A stretch of DNA of 64,000 nucleotides from Lingula anatina. Lineage: Eukaryota; Animalia; Brachiopoda. Positions 10,941 through 24,538 of this stretch are shown here, one piece after another. The position numbers and the translations under genes are program-made. Under the pieces are notes generated by a model. The model was not told where the DNA came from. It ran no database searches and worked only from the letters and a program-made list of their open reading frames with translations. Each line of letters opens with the position of its first letter. Position 1 is the first letter of the stretch. The stretch lies in assembly GCA_051362555.1 (NCBI GenBank), contig CM120642.1:3472001-3536000 (forward strand). The letters run 5' to 3'.

Positions 10941-13374
10941 AGTTCTTTCAAATCCCAAGGGTAGTTCTTTCGAACCCTGCCCTTTTTATATATATTGGGC
11001 CAGGCGGTAATCCTTTTTTTGGTAGTCGTAGCTGATTCCTCATCCATCCATTATTCAGTTTTCTGCTTGGTAGTTGATGGCTGTACCTCAACTGAATTTT
11101 ACTTAAAAATCTGCTGTCTATATCACATTTCTCCAGAAGTTGTACAATATTAGTAATGTGATCCCTTTGTGAAAAGCAGGTTCTCAAATATGGGTAAATG
11201 TATTCTTATAGCAGTCATTATCAAAGGAAGCCCCCCTCCCCCCCCCCCCTGCATAATTTCATGAAGCAGCATGATAGCATTTTTATAGTGAGTGTAATAA
11301 CCTTTTCACTCGTATTTTAAAAGTGATTTGCATTTATGTATTTTAAGTATCTATACATGATGACCTAGAATGGTGAAAGCAGTATGAGGTGTGAGTGGCA
11401 ATACAAGAAAGTCAGAAAACTTGATTTATTGATTTATCCTTGAATGGTAATAAAAAAATATTATTCGAAAAGAAGTGACTGTCTAAGAAATGCATTTTAA
11501 GTGGGAATGTGGTATTACATAAGTTTTGACTTGGAATGTGATCGGCAGAGGAAAGGTATTAGGTGCACCTCCCTGATAATGTCATCTTAACAGAAGGTAA
11601 ATATTTCCTCTTGGCATCTTCAATCACAAGCGTGAATATCCAACCTGTAATCGAGCAGAAACCCATTGATGTTGAAAGTTTATTATTGCTTTGAACTGCA
11701 TTGTGTTCCACATGAAAAGCACCAGAGAAGGCAAAGCGACCATGATGTGTTATTGGTCTAGTATGACATATCGGAAATCAGTATTGTATTTCCTCAAATA
11801 AAACCACAAAAGGTTAGTGTCAAGAGTCAATATATCATTCTGTAGTGAAGACAGAAGTAGTATTATATGGTGGAGGCTTAGTGAACCTCTAACTTTCCGC
11901 TAAGAAAGGGGCATGCCCCCTATTAAAGTACTTTTTTAAGTATTCGCGTCATTGATGAAAGCAGCATCAAGTTTCGGAAAGACTCACTACCAGAGATAAA
12001 ATGTGCTTAATTCTGCAAGTGATACCTTTCTTGTTATGTGATATCTTGCTACTTGTTGAGAGCAAACTCACTGTGTAGTGTAGGAACATAATTGAAAATG
12101 CCTGGACTTCCTGGGGTAAAATATCCATCTGAGGTTAAAATCTGTAATTCATTTTAATCTTAAAGGAGACCCATACCATAACATGCATCTTTTTCCTTGT
12201 AGTGTAGCTGAATAAAAGTGAGAGGTACATATTAGGAGTTCATTGGATTTATTTGGTCCTCCCTCTATTAAGTGATTATGGTTGTTAGTCACTTAATAAT
12301 TAAAGCTTTCCAATTTGCAGTATATTATTTTAGATTTGATTACCTCCCATATCCTTAAATTGTGGTTATTACATGCATTAACAATCCACCCCTCCCTTAA
12401 ATTGTGTGTAATTTCAAATGTCCTGCTATGTAGATTAACAAGGACAGCCTCTCAATACTTGATGTAATCTCGGGTGCACATTTTATGTAGCTAATTGCAG
12501 ATGTATTGATGTCCAGTAAGGCACACAGGGCACCTGCTTGCTAATGCTGAAATTATGCCACGGTAGAATTGAGCTGTAACAAGGTAGGAGGAGCCCTGTG
12601 TTATAAGGAACTTTACCAGATTAATCATAATTCTATATGAAGTATTAGTTGGCCCTTGTGTAGAATAATTCTCTCATACTTGTGGTGGTTCTTTGTGTGC
12701 CTTTGAGATAGCAAAGTTTTGATTGACTTGGAGGTGATACAATGGTTTTGAACATTGAATCTCAAATTTCAAATGTCAAATTTTAAAAGTAATTTTTTTG
12801 GTCCGGAATCTTTTTGTCCTTAAGATTTTGTTTAAGTCAAGTTGGTCCCAGTCACTTTATACCATAGTGGCAACAGGTGTCCCAGATTTCTTATAAAAAC
12901 CAATCTTACTATAAAAATCAATACATGCTAGCCTAATTTAAGGTAGGGGGACCTTATGTAGCCTCACTTTCTTCATGTATTGAGACTTTTCATGATTAAA
13001 GATATCAGACACTATCAAACCAACTTACAGGTAAAACCATGTAATAAAGGTGTTGCTGCATGTAAGCCCATAGTAAAACACCTGGCTTTTGATCATGTGA
13101 CACATTACGATTGTATAATGTATATACTTCTCTTATTTGTGTTGATTTTCCTGACAGCATTCTTCCTGGGTTACTATACCACCTGCAAAACTGTGGATGA
13201 TTTTCTCTTTTGAATTTGGGACCCATAACACTTTCCCAATGATGTTGATAGAGCCACGCATTTTATTGAACACACTTGGGATGACAGAAACAGTGGTGGG
13301 TGGTTGGCTGCGGTGGATTAAGCTAGACTCCAGTGTTGGTAGTCAACCCTGATATAATAAAATAAGGGCACTGA

Positions 13375-13551
13375 GGCTTTATTCAGAACAGTGGACTAAC
13401 TAGTCCTAGGATCAAATATATAGCCCACCCACTTGAATACTTATCCACAGGGAATCTGTTTGGTGTCTATTAATGGATTAGATGGCAAGCTTTGTAGTGT
13501 GTTGCCATATTTGACCCTCAGACTAGTTAGTCCAGTGTTCTGAATGTGGCC
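13375..13551. mobile_element. Degenerate MITE (PIF/Harbinger-like GGC...GCC ends)
   Basis: Imperfect inverted arms of about 45 bp: attcagaacagtggactaactagtc...tcaaatat versus atatttga...gactagttagtccagtgttctgaat. Flanks TGA/TTA. Confidence 0.65.
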
Positions 13552-13571
13552 TTACTGTATGTTGTGAGGAC

Positions 13572-13660
13572 TAAGGGTCCATTCAGAATGAGTTAGATTG
13601 ACCTAGCTCCACAGGAACTCTTGCAGAATGCAATCAAATTAACAGACTAACACTCCTCGT
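13572..13660 (+). repeat. Truncated relative of the 16413-16660 MITE
   Basis: cacaggaactcttgcagaatgcaatca (13610-13636) versus cacaggaactcttgctgaatgcaatca (16465-16491): one mismatch in 27. Confidence 0.55.
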
Positions 13661-16412
13661 CGAGGAGGGGGGGGGGGTGTAATCAACTTTCGCATTTCTT
13701 TGCATATTGAAAAAAGAAACAAGTGTGTATATAAATAAGGCAACAATTTTCATATTTCCCATACCATAAGCAGGCAGGCACAAATTTTTGGAGTAATTTT
13801 TTTGCTTTAGCCACACCTAGACCATAAAAAAAGGTTTGATTTTGTGTTATTTGATATCTCATCACATTCAACCTTGTCCTCAGATGTAGCATCACCTTTT
13901 TCTAAAATGATGTATAGATTTCATGTTTTTTGCACACTATGACATTCAGAACATAGCCAAAGTTAGAAAATCAAGAAAATTTGCATCTAAAAAAGACATT
14001 TTACCCATTAAGATTCCTATTGAGGTTAGTCATCCAGGCCTAGCTGCATTTTATTAGTTTGATGGCTAAACCCCACAGAAATAAACGCAATTATCAAGGG
14101 TCCGGAAAATTTATGTACATTGAAATAGTTCTGTTTTTTACAAGCCGAAGCTTTCTGAAGTGAAATATTGTAAATTGCTGCCAATGAATTCCATGAAATC
14201 CAAATGCATGTCATATGAGAATAAAAAAATCAGTTTTTAAACTTTGATTTCTTTGTGATTTTAAGACTGTGAATGAATTAATGCTGCAGGTTATGATTGC
14301 TTGGGTTCCTAATGTTTTTGTAAACATTCTTGTAAGACATGCCTTTGATAGCTGTTGCCTTACATTATGTACGCATATAGCACCATTTAGAAGAAATGCA
14401 CTATGGACAAATGTTTCCATGTGCATTACTTAAACCAATTCAATCATGCATATTGAAGCTTACTTGAAAAAAAAATGGGTAGCACTTCATATTCTTAGAG
14501 AAATTCCCAAAAATGTATGTGGAATTTTTGATATTATTACCTCATACAGTAATGATAAGGCATATCTCTAAAACATGAAATAAATAGCACAATTTTAATA
14601 GGTCTTTTTCAAATGGAAGACATTCGGAGTTTTAGTTTAGTCTTTTCTTCCATCCTTTCACGTTCCACGTCATTTCCACAGGCAGTGGCCGGTCTGGCTG
14701 TATGTATGTAATGCTGTCAAATCTTGATTATATTTTACCACAACAAATGCCATCTGTTTCCAAATTCTGGGAATAGCACTGAGTGTATGTTTTAAAAAAT
14801 TTCTGCAGTTTACAAGGAACCCCAGACATTTATTTACGTACACGGAATTTTTGATCCAAAATGATTATGGCAGACTTAAACGTGTTTAGCAATCTTGGAT
14901 AACATTATTATTGGTTTGATGTTATGGTATGTGAAAGCTTGGCAAACCCCTCACATTTTTATCTTCAACTTTTTGCTAATAACTTGGCAAAAATATGACT
15001 CCAGCTTTGCTCACAAATGGGAGAGGTGAAAGATGGGATAACCAGAATTGTAAAAGTTGTTCCCCCAAATAGACACGAAATATTCGTCAGGTATAGAATT
15101 GGTTTGACCTATATAGTTCAGTCTTGAGGAATGTCGGTACACACATAAATCCAAAGAATGGTGTACATGTGGTGTGATTAAGATGGCTTATTAAAAATAT
15201 ATAAAATAGTGTAATGTACATGATAACAAATTAAGCATGCTCACGCAACAGCGCAAATGATTTGTAACAAACATTTTCTGAACCATTTAAGTCCACGCGT
15301 CCTCATAATTCTGCTGGGAGCATACAAGTTGAAAACACATTAAATGTTTTTGTTGGAGTTCCTAGAACTTTGGACTTGGTGGAAGATTTAGGGGTCTGAG
15401 CCTTGTAATAGCTTGTACAGCCTGTTGGAGGAAAAACAGTGCAGGGAAGTTTTCCCAAAGCACGAGCTGTTTAAGATTTGTGAATCAATTTCTATTGAGT
15501 TGTACTGTGTTTTCTTTATTTAAGGTATCCAGTAAGGATGCTTCACCACAGCTTGCCCACACATATTTGATACTCACCAAAGTGTGCAATTCTTGAGCAA
15601 TTTTGTGGTTACAATTATACAATAGACATCTACTCCCTTTTGCCACACAAGTGTAATTTCATATTCTGTGAGGGGACAATAGCTTATTGCATATTGGCAG
15701 GAATTATCACCCCTCCCTTTTCTCAAAACAGTTTATAACTATAAAAAAATGTGGATGACTGATGTTTTTTGTACTAGTGCTGTGTTAGGTCTCACAATAA
15801 CAAGATACTATTTTAAGGCAAGTGTTAGATCTCACAAAAACAACTTCATAACTCAGTTCTCTTATTATTCAAATAAAGTGCATTTTTGTTGAAGTTGTAA
15901 CTGTAGAACAGGAATCATAGAAGACTGAAAGAAGACTCTGCGAAGATCCCCCTCCCCCCCATTTTCTCAATTGGCTTACTTCTTAGCATGTGACTATAAA
16001 ATCAAATGCCCTTTCCCTTTCTCTATAGGAAAAAGCTCAACAGCTGTGGTTTTGCCGCTAAATATGGAGATTATTATTTGGTGTCCTTTATATCATGAAG
16101 GAAAAGAAGTAAGAAAAGTATGGCCAGATGGCATATCTATAATAAAATGAGAATAACTTAATACTGTCATTGAAGTGATATTGCTCTGAGCTTTTAGATG
16201 GATTAAGGGATATCTTATTATTGGAAGGAGGAGGCAAAAATTGGTCTACCACTCTTACATTCTTGTTGAGAACATTATTGAACTTAAACAGATTTTAGAA
16301 TGTCTTATTACAAAAATGCCAAGTGATATAGATGACCATTCTGTATGTGCCTGCAAATATCTACCAAACCAATGGAAATTTCTAACCCTGAATCTACATG
16401 TACACTTTATCT

Positions 16413-16660
16413 CTAGGGACTCATTCACAGTGAAACTATTGGCCCATGTAGATCAATCCAACATCACAGGAACTCTTGCTGAATGCAATCAGATATAAAG
16501 ATTAACACACCTTTTGTTTCCTATGTACTTATATTATCACAAGCTTTTCTGTATTCTACTCAATACAAGGAAGAGGCATGTTTATTCTTTAACCTGATTG
16601 CATTCAGCAGAGTTGGATTGATATGCATAAATGGATAGTTACATTGGGAACGAGCCCTAG
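16413..16660. mobile_element. Degenerate palindromic MITE
   Basis: Ends CTAGGGACTCATTC / GGGAACGAGCCCTAG. Internal inverted matches atcaatccaac / gttggattgat and tgctgaatgcaatcag / ctgattgcattcagca. Confidence 0.65.
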
Positions 16661-18321
16661 GCTTTCTTCCAGGCTGTTGAAACTTAGCAGGCCATGTGTA
16701 AGAGGCTAAGTGCCACGGGCTGTTTTCTATCTACTTCATTTTTTACGGCAGATGATCAATATGGTCCAGTTTCTTTCTGGTTTGCTGATCCATATGGAAT
16801 CATTGACCCTGTGATGTTTTGGGGCAAATACCTCTTTTATACTGTCTTATATGTTCTTGTAGTGTGGGTCAGAATTATAAAGGCCAGATAAAAAATGCTT
16901 TGGGATATGCTCAGATATGTGAAAACCAATTTTGCCCTTCTCTTGTGTGCATAAGGGGTTGTGACAATAGAGGGCTTGAAAGTGAAATAACCCAACTAAG
17001 TTCATCTTTTGAAATGTCAAGATTCTTCTGCTTTTTCAGAAGAATCTCTATGAGGGAATGTGGTGCAGATTCAGATACTGAAAGAGACCTCCTACACTTC
17101 TTTGTATTTTACAAGGAAGTGTTAAAAAACATAGAACATAAGTGTTTTGTTATTATGCAGTGTTTCTCTTTGCTTGTTCAATACAATTAATTAATTTTTA
17201 CATGAGGAAGTATAGTAGAGGGAAGACAATGGTTCAAGAAATCCGTCTATAAACTTATAAGGCATATTGAATGACTCACCATTTAATGTTTAATCCATAA
17301 CTCTTATATGATTATTACAGTATTTGGCAATATTGACTCTCAGTTTAAGCAGCACTTTTGTTGGCATGTACATACGTAAATTGGGTAGTTTGTCAACTTG
17401 AATGGACATTTAAATGTTTGTCAACAAGACTTATACAATAAAATATGACAGTGAGAAGTTAATTGATTAATATTTTAAATGAATTGATAATCAGTTATGT
17501 TCACATTAACCATCCCACTTTCTGCTTTCTTGTCATCTCCATCTTTGCGTGTATGTATAAAAAGACTGTCCTTATTGCTCCATAGATCATACCCTGAATT
17601 TCAGAGTTAACAGATGGTCTTTGCTAATTCCAGTAACTTACTGTTACTGCCAATGTAACTGAAAACAGCAGTGGTGTACTGATGATAGCTGATGGTTCAT
17701 GTGCAGTTTACTCTAAAGATTCTGGGGGCAACTGCTGTGATGTTATACCACAATCTGTCTGTAAACTTATTTTGAAATTGTTACTTTGGTCTTTATAAAT
17801 ACTGTCTTTATAGGTTAATATATATGTTTGATCAGAGACAAATTATAAAAGTTTTTGTACATTAATAAATAGCTATATATTTTATGTCTCATGAGGCCCA
17901 TTGATCAGTGTAGTCTTAGCTTTAGGTGGATAACAGGCCACCCTTTATCAGCTACCTGCTGTAGTAGGCTGAAACTATGGTAGAAAGTTGAAAGAGTCAG
18001 TGCCAGTTCTTTGAAATGCAGGGTACTTTTATGGGCTGAACTGAAGTGTAGTGATAGGGATAAGATATGCCATTTTAAGGTCTTCCCAGTTGTCTGTATT
18101 CCAAGAAGGTGATTAAGTTACAACAGAGGTTGGGCAAGTAAGAGGAATATGATGGAAAGTCAGACATCCTATCACATCATATCCAGGAGATTGGATGTCT
18201 TCTTCCTAATAGGTTGAACTATTTTAGTCTGTAAAGTGTCTTGGGTACAGCTGTATGACTTCTCCATGTGCTCTTCTTCACTTCCAGACAGGTGCTTCAT
18301 TCACACCAGCTATTAGTAGCA

Positions 18322-18323
<2 letters not shown>

Positions 18324-18364
<41 letters not shown>
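18324..18364 (+). repeat. (GT)n microsatellite
   Basis: Directly visible. Confidence 0.95.
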
Positions 18365-18368
<4 letters not shown>

Positions 18369-19283
18369 AATGCACACATGTATGTATGCTTGTATGCATA
18401 CTAGTACATGGGTTCCAGTATGTTTTCATACGATTCCGCATGCTTCAGAACCTTTTTCAAATGTGTGGAACTTTTTTTTTACAAACTATAGTGCACTAAC
18501 TTTACCTATACTTAAAATGCAGCAGAGTACATACAGGTTATAACTCAGATCACTTTTCCCATACATTATTATTTAGCTGTTAACCAGTTTAAGCTGTTTG
18601 TCCTCTTGACACTAGTACAATTAGCCTTACTAGTTCTTGTATCAACCTAAATCTAGATTATACCTGTAGAAAGGTTCTATTGTCTCTTTCTAATCTGGTA
18701 ATCAGTTGATCCGGGTAAGGTGAGTTTTCAGTAGAAAGTTGATCACCAAGTGTGAACTAGTGCATTTGTGTGTCTGAATCTTTAATGCTGATTGTTTTAA
18801 GTCACTCTTCTTTATATCATTACTGGTAAACAGATTTTCACTGATTGAGGTTGAGCTTTTGATTGGGCCTTTTAGCTGCATTCTAGACATTTTAGACTTA
18901 CTGTATTTACTGGCACAGGCAAGGAATGTGTACAAATATTTTGGTGTTTATTGTTATATGGAGGCTTATATATTATCTGGTTTTTCAAACCAGTTATATT
19001 AGTTTGATGGTAGAGAGTTGAGGTTTAATGTTTAATGTTTAATGTTTGTTGGAATTATATTAAAAAGTATCAGGTGTTACCAAAGCTTCTCCATAAATGG
19101 TTTTTGCGCCAGTTTTCTCCTTTTCATAAATCATTGCTTTGACAACCTATCTTTGCAATTTAATAACTATTTAATACATGTCATAATTCATTTAGACCAC
19201 CGTAGTCTTCCTAATATTTAAAAAGGCAATTTTGACACCAAGTACTTTTATTACTGTTGAGAGAATCCATGATATTTAGTACA

Positions 19284-19286
<3 letters not shown>

Positions 19287-19325
<39 letters not shown>
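19287..19325 (+). repeat. (GT)n microsatellite
   Basis: Directly visible. Confidence 0.95.
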
Positions 19326-19329
<4 letters not shown>

Positions 19330-21818
19330 AATTGCCTTCATTTAACTACATCATTACCCTGTATTGCTGTCACATGGATTCTAGGTTGTCTTATTTATTA
19401 ACACTGTGTAACCACAAACAGTTCTGTGATAGCCTTACATATCTATTATCAGTGTATTATTGTCCATATCAGTGCCTTATTGTCCTTCCTGTTGATAAAT
19501 TCATTGGACTTTAATTACTTCAGGAAATGATTAAACATTTATGGCCATGAATATGCAGTAACAAAGTAGATTGTAAAAGTACAGTTATGTGTAGTAGGCT
19601 TATACATCCATGTGTATATGTCTATGTATACATATAAAAACAATGAAATGGAGATTATTCTGGAGGCAGTATGAGAGATATTTCATATACATTACTGTGG
19701 TTACTGAAGTGCGTTATCATTGAAACTTAAGGAATGTTTCAAGTCTAGTTGATTGCAACCTATCTCCACAGACTTTAGCTATTAAGTCAAACTGTCTAAT
19801 GACATATGTCTTTTAGCAGTGAGGATGACAATAGATAAGATTTTTAAAAATCATGTTTATTTATTCATGTTGCCCTGCATAGCACACTGCCATGTTTGTG
19901 ATAGCAAATGGTTTTTGTCCTAAAATTTGTGTGGGGTGCTTGATTTTGTCATTGCAGTGACCTGACACAGAGATAGTATTATAACAATAACTATGAGGGC
20001 AAAAATAGCATTTAGCAAGAACCCTCCAATTTGGAAAGACATATGGGAAAAACTGGTATGAGGTATTTGATGAAACACTTAAAATAGATTTTTATTGCAT
20101 TTCCTGTATTTTTACCCTTAATGCCTAATGTCAGCTGCGCAATTTTAATTGAGAATGCCCTTTTGGAATATGTTTTCCAGATTGTTTTCCTTTTGAATTA
20201 AATTTATAAAATTTACCTTAAAAAGTCTCTGTGGGTGATTTTTAGAAATGTTTTCAATGTTTTTTTGAGTACATTAGTTAAAATGTTTTACACATGGTAT
20301 GAATTGAAGGTCATGTGATTATAACAGTACCAGTTGTAATTTGGTTTATTTTGACTGTTACCTGTTATCTTGGATGTATGTAGTATGTAACATTGTTTTA
20401 AATGAGTAACTTAAATGCTCAGTCATCTTGTTAAATGTTGATATTTCAGTGTGTTTTTCTCTTCCCATATACTCAGTTATGTAAGAATGCAACTTCGCAC
20501 ACTACCAGTCATGCATCATATAGGGAACACAAGGCGAAAGAGAGAGAAAAAAGTGAGAAAAGAGAGAAAAAATTAGAACAGAGCTCCATTAAGGTTACAC
20601 AACATGTCCTATTACACTGTGAGTGACATCCTCGTTAGATTTTTGTGTCACTGAATGTTACGGACTTGCCACCTTGCATGACGAACAGGTTCTTGTACCA
20701 TTATTCAGATAGGTGTATTTATTAGAGAAAAAAATGAGTAAGGAGAAAAATATGCAACACAACCTTCGCTGTTATTTGTTTACCATTTTGTTGTTGAGCC
20801 AGGTTGCTAAGACTGTGGTTCCAGTTTTTATTAACTAATTAAAGTTAAACATAGCAGAGGCTGTATGCAGACTGTATAAAGTTTCAACTGAAATTTTAAT
20901 GTTTATTTTGTAGAAGGCTTGGGTAACGTAGCAAATTTTCCTAACTTTGGTGGCTTTCATTTCTAAATTTCCTATTGAAAGCATACCTCTTTAAATGTTT
21001 TTCTTGAATGATTCTGTAATCCATTCTTACTTTCTTCGGCATAACTCTGTTACTAAACCACAAATAATAAGCATATTAGAAGCTAAACATGATGAGGAGA
21101 GAGATGCTTTGAAAAGAAATAAGTAAACTTTTGCCCATAGATGGGTTTCTAAATGTCAGAAACCTACAGACAAGATATAGTACAAACCTCAGCTCCTATG
21201 CTATAAGAATTTCTCTCTAAATAAGATAGAAAGGGTTCATTATTTTCTATGTAACTCACTCAGGAATCTTCACCTGTCTAAACAGCAGATTTGCCATCAG
21301 GTGCAAGCCTGCTTTAAAATAAGCACTAAAGGCGATCCAATTTAGGTGAAAGTGTTCTCAGAGTATACCTGATGCCCAGATAAATATTTCATCTTTTTTT
21401 TTTTGCTACAGTGAGTCTGAGTTTGCTTATTATCAAATGCCAGCGCTTAATCTGTGTTTATTATTTGATCTCAAAACTGATAATGTTTAAGGAGAAGATT
21501 TATTTTGATGTGCATTTTGTTTAGGCCACTGCTATTAAAGATCAGTATCAAGGCCTGTGTTTTCATCTCTTGAAAAGTGAGTTTCAGGTAAAAGGAAAAA
21601 CCAGCAGAAGAATAGTTGTAGTTTCCTTAAATAGGAGAAAAAGAGATTTTTGAAGATATGTCTTTTTTTATGAAAATAGTTAAAAATTGTTTTGGAGTAT
21701 AGTTTTTTAAATGAATGTAAAGAATTTTCCTCCTTTATCAGAATTGAGTTCAAAGGTTTAGTTTGGTATTTAATATTTATATTGAATGAATAAATTTACT
21801 TGTTTTGCTACATTACAG

Positions 21819-21892
21819 GCTGTCACAAGAAAGAAGTTTGCTTATCCAGATGATCCCAGGAAGTCCTTAGAAAATGGAGTACTTCTTTGCGA
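21819..21892 (+). CDS. LMO7: LMO7/LIMCH1-family exon 2 (AVTRKKFAYPDDPRKSLENGVLLCE), CH domain
   Basis: ttacag| acceptor and |gtaagt donor. 74 nt, phase 0 to 2. Contains the SLENGVLLC CH signature. Too short to appear in the ORF track. Confidence 0.93.
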
Positions 21893-24468
21893 GTAAGTCT
21901 TACAAAATGAGATTTAATTTTTCAGTTACTTATGAATAATTCAATCGTAGTCTCACTGAAATATGACCAACATACTATTTTGAATTTTTTTTTACTTTTA
22001 ATTTTGCCCAAGTCTATCTGAGCATTGATTGGTTGGGAAATGGGGTCTCAACTACAGCAATCTCATCATTGTCTCACTTGGCACAATCATTTTCTACGTA
22101 TACCTGTAAGTAGTTCAAACAATCCTTTCAAATGTTTTTCTGTCGTTGTTTATGGGAAAAAGGAAATATTGTATTCAAAGAAGATTAATTAATTTATTTT
22201 TCATTGTTTGTTGTACAAAACATGAAACTGTCTCTAAAGAGATTTGTTTCTATTATAAAAAATGAAAGTTGTATGATCAAGTCTCCTTGATGGTAAGTCA
22301 AAATGTCTGCTTCTGTATAGAAACTACTTTTTATCATTTATTCAAAGAGTTGAAGAATCTTTGATAGGAATTATTTAATATTTTTTTTTAAATTCAGAGT
22401 AAAGTTTCTTTTTTAGTTCTAAAACCCAATCCTAGTCTGATTGTTTTGAAGTGTCACACATTGGCACATCCATTTCTTTGTCAAGCTATCAAACATGTCA
22501 AGTATGTTTAGAAACAGTGGTTTATTTCTTATGGGCAAACATGAAGACTAACCTTACTATTAATTAAATGCCATTATACATTTTTTGTGACAAGGTGATA
22601 CGTTTGTCCCTAAGACATATCTCTTTTTCCATAGCACTCAGTTATTTTTCCTGCTAATCTAATGATAGTATTGGGTTTCACCCCCAGGGGGCAACATAGA
22701 ATAGAACATAAAGGATAATATGTCCTTTTAAATTGTTTGACTTCAAGCATTTAATTTGGTGACCTTGGTAGGTGACAATTTCTTCATGTGCCACCCGTCA
22801 GTCAGTGTGAAATTGTTTTTAAAATTTTGCCTTGTAGTCATATTTTGACCCCCCAACACACATGCATACATATACAAAATTTATCTAATACAAACAAGTG
22901 TCAAAATTGTCTATTTTCTGTTTAGAAAAAGCTTGATTTCAGGATGTACTATTAAAAAACCAGCAAGAGAGAAACACATGAAAGAGAAGAAAAATGAAAA
23001 CTTCAGGAAACCAATTTAAATTCTTCTTCTAGTAAGATATTTAAAGAGTCATCATATTCGGGTTTGTTGTGCCTTGCAGGTGGAAGGATTATAAAAGTAC
23101 CTCACAGCAGAAATGATCTTTCTAGCACTGTGTGGATTAGTCATAAAATTATAATCATCACAACCTAAAATTTATTTTGGATTCTGATGTCAAGTGGTGT
23201 CTGGTTTCATAAATAAAGTAGGTGTCTTTTTCAAAATTTTAAGATCTGCGGACCAAATACCACAAAATGGCCCGGAATGCGACCTGAGGGGTGTCAGTTT
23301 TTTTGACACTAATGGGGTCTTATTAGCCAGGCTGTGAAATATATGGTCGTATACAGAGGGGTGTACTCCAATAGTGAAATATGTATCTTTGGGGTTGAAT
23401 CTTTGTTTATCTCCAAACAATGATGGTGTCACAAAAATAACCAAAGGAAAAACATTACCAATTTGTAATACTGAATTGCCCAATCTTTCCATAGTTGGCT
23501 GAAAATACACACATTGGCTATGAAATGAATAGCAAGTTTCTTTTATAAAAGCTTTTTTTTTTTCGATGAATTACATCTATCTGTAGTATGATCTTAAATT
23601 TGATTTTAAAAATTTGGAATTGTTGAGTTATTGGCAAGCTATGGGAAGTCATAACTTGTAAAAGGAAAGATATTGAAAAAAAATGAACATATACTCAGTG
23701 TCAAATTTTCAGAATTATTTTATTGTAAAAGGTGCAAGAAATGTAGTATTAGAATGAATATTCATTGCTTGTTTGATGCTTTTTAAACATGGCATATTAA
23801 TCAAGTATTGAAGTTGATTTATTACGAAATGAAGAATTTGTCCTTTACATTTCTCAATATGGTATCTTTTTTATATGTAAATCTTATGCAGGTCGGCAGA
23901 TATCATATATCTTTTACAAGTATATTATTACAGTAATGCTACACTGGGTATTAAACTCAGAGTTCAAAGTATTTTGGTACAGCATTCTAATTGAAAGTTA
24001 TTGTAATGTGACACTGGAAAATTGAATCCAGCATGTGAATTTACAGTATTTTGATACAGATACTATTATAAAAAGAAAATTGTGATAACAATATCATATT
24101 GATATCAAAAAATAAAGCAGCAGGAAATCTCATTGTCAGTATCAATGGTATTTCAGACATATGACCCCTCTGCCACCATCACGGTGTAGGAATTCAGTTC
24201 TTCCATTTATAAAAGAAAGAAATGTTACTATTTATCAGAAATATATACTAAAGATTTAGCTGAAGTTGAGAACCAGGTGGGGGTGAGAACCAGATTGTAG
24301 AACATGCCTTGCCTTGGTACTTCTGCTGTGTCATGCAACCCCCCTCCCCGCCCTTTTAGCCATTGATGCTATTTTTTGATGTAATAAATTTTCTGCGCCT
24401 ATGAAATGCATTTGTCAACAGCAGTCACGAAACATGATCAATCTTGTAAGTTTTTTATAATTTGACAG

Positions 24469-24538
24469 GTTACTGAATTGTCTTCGTCCAGGGAGTGTGA
24501 GGCGTATCAACCGGTTGCCAACGCCCATCGCTGGTATT
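24469..24538 (+). CDS. LMO7: LMO7/LIMCH1-family exon 3 (LLNCLRPGSVRRINRLPTPIAGI), CH domain
   Basis: tttgacag| acceptor and |gtaagt donor. 70 nt, phase 2 to 0. INRLPTPIAG is characteristic of LMO7/LIMCH1 CH domains. Confidence 0.93.

Noticed and set aside
15782-15845. Imperfect ~22-nt direct repeat with 40-bp period (similar small duplications near 12343 and 56385)
   Set aside because: Ordinary local duplications in intron with no evidence of function.
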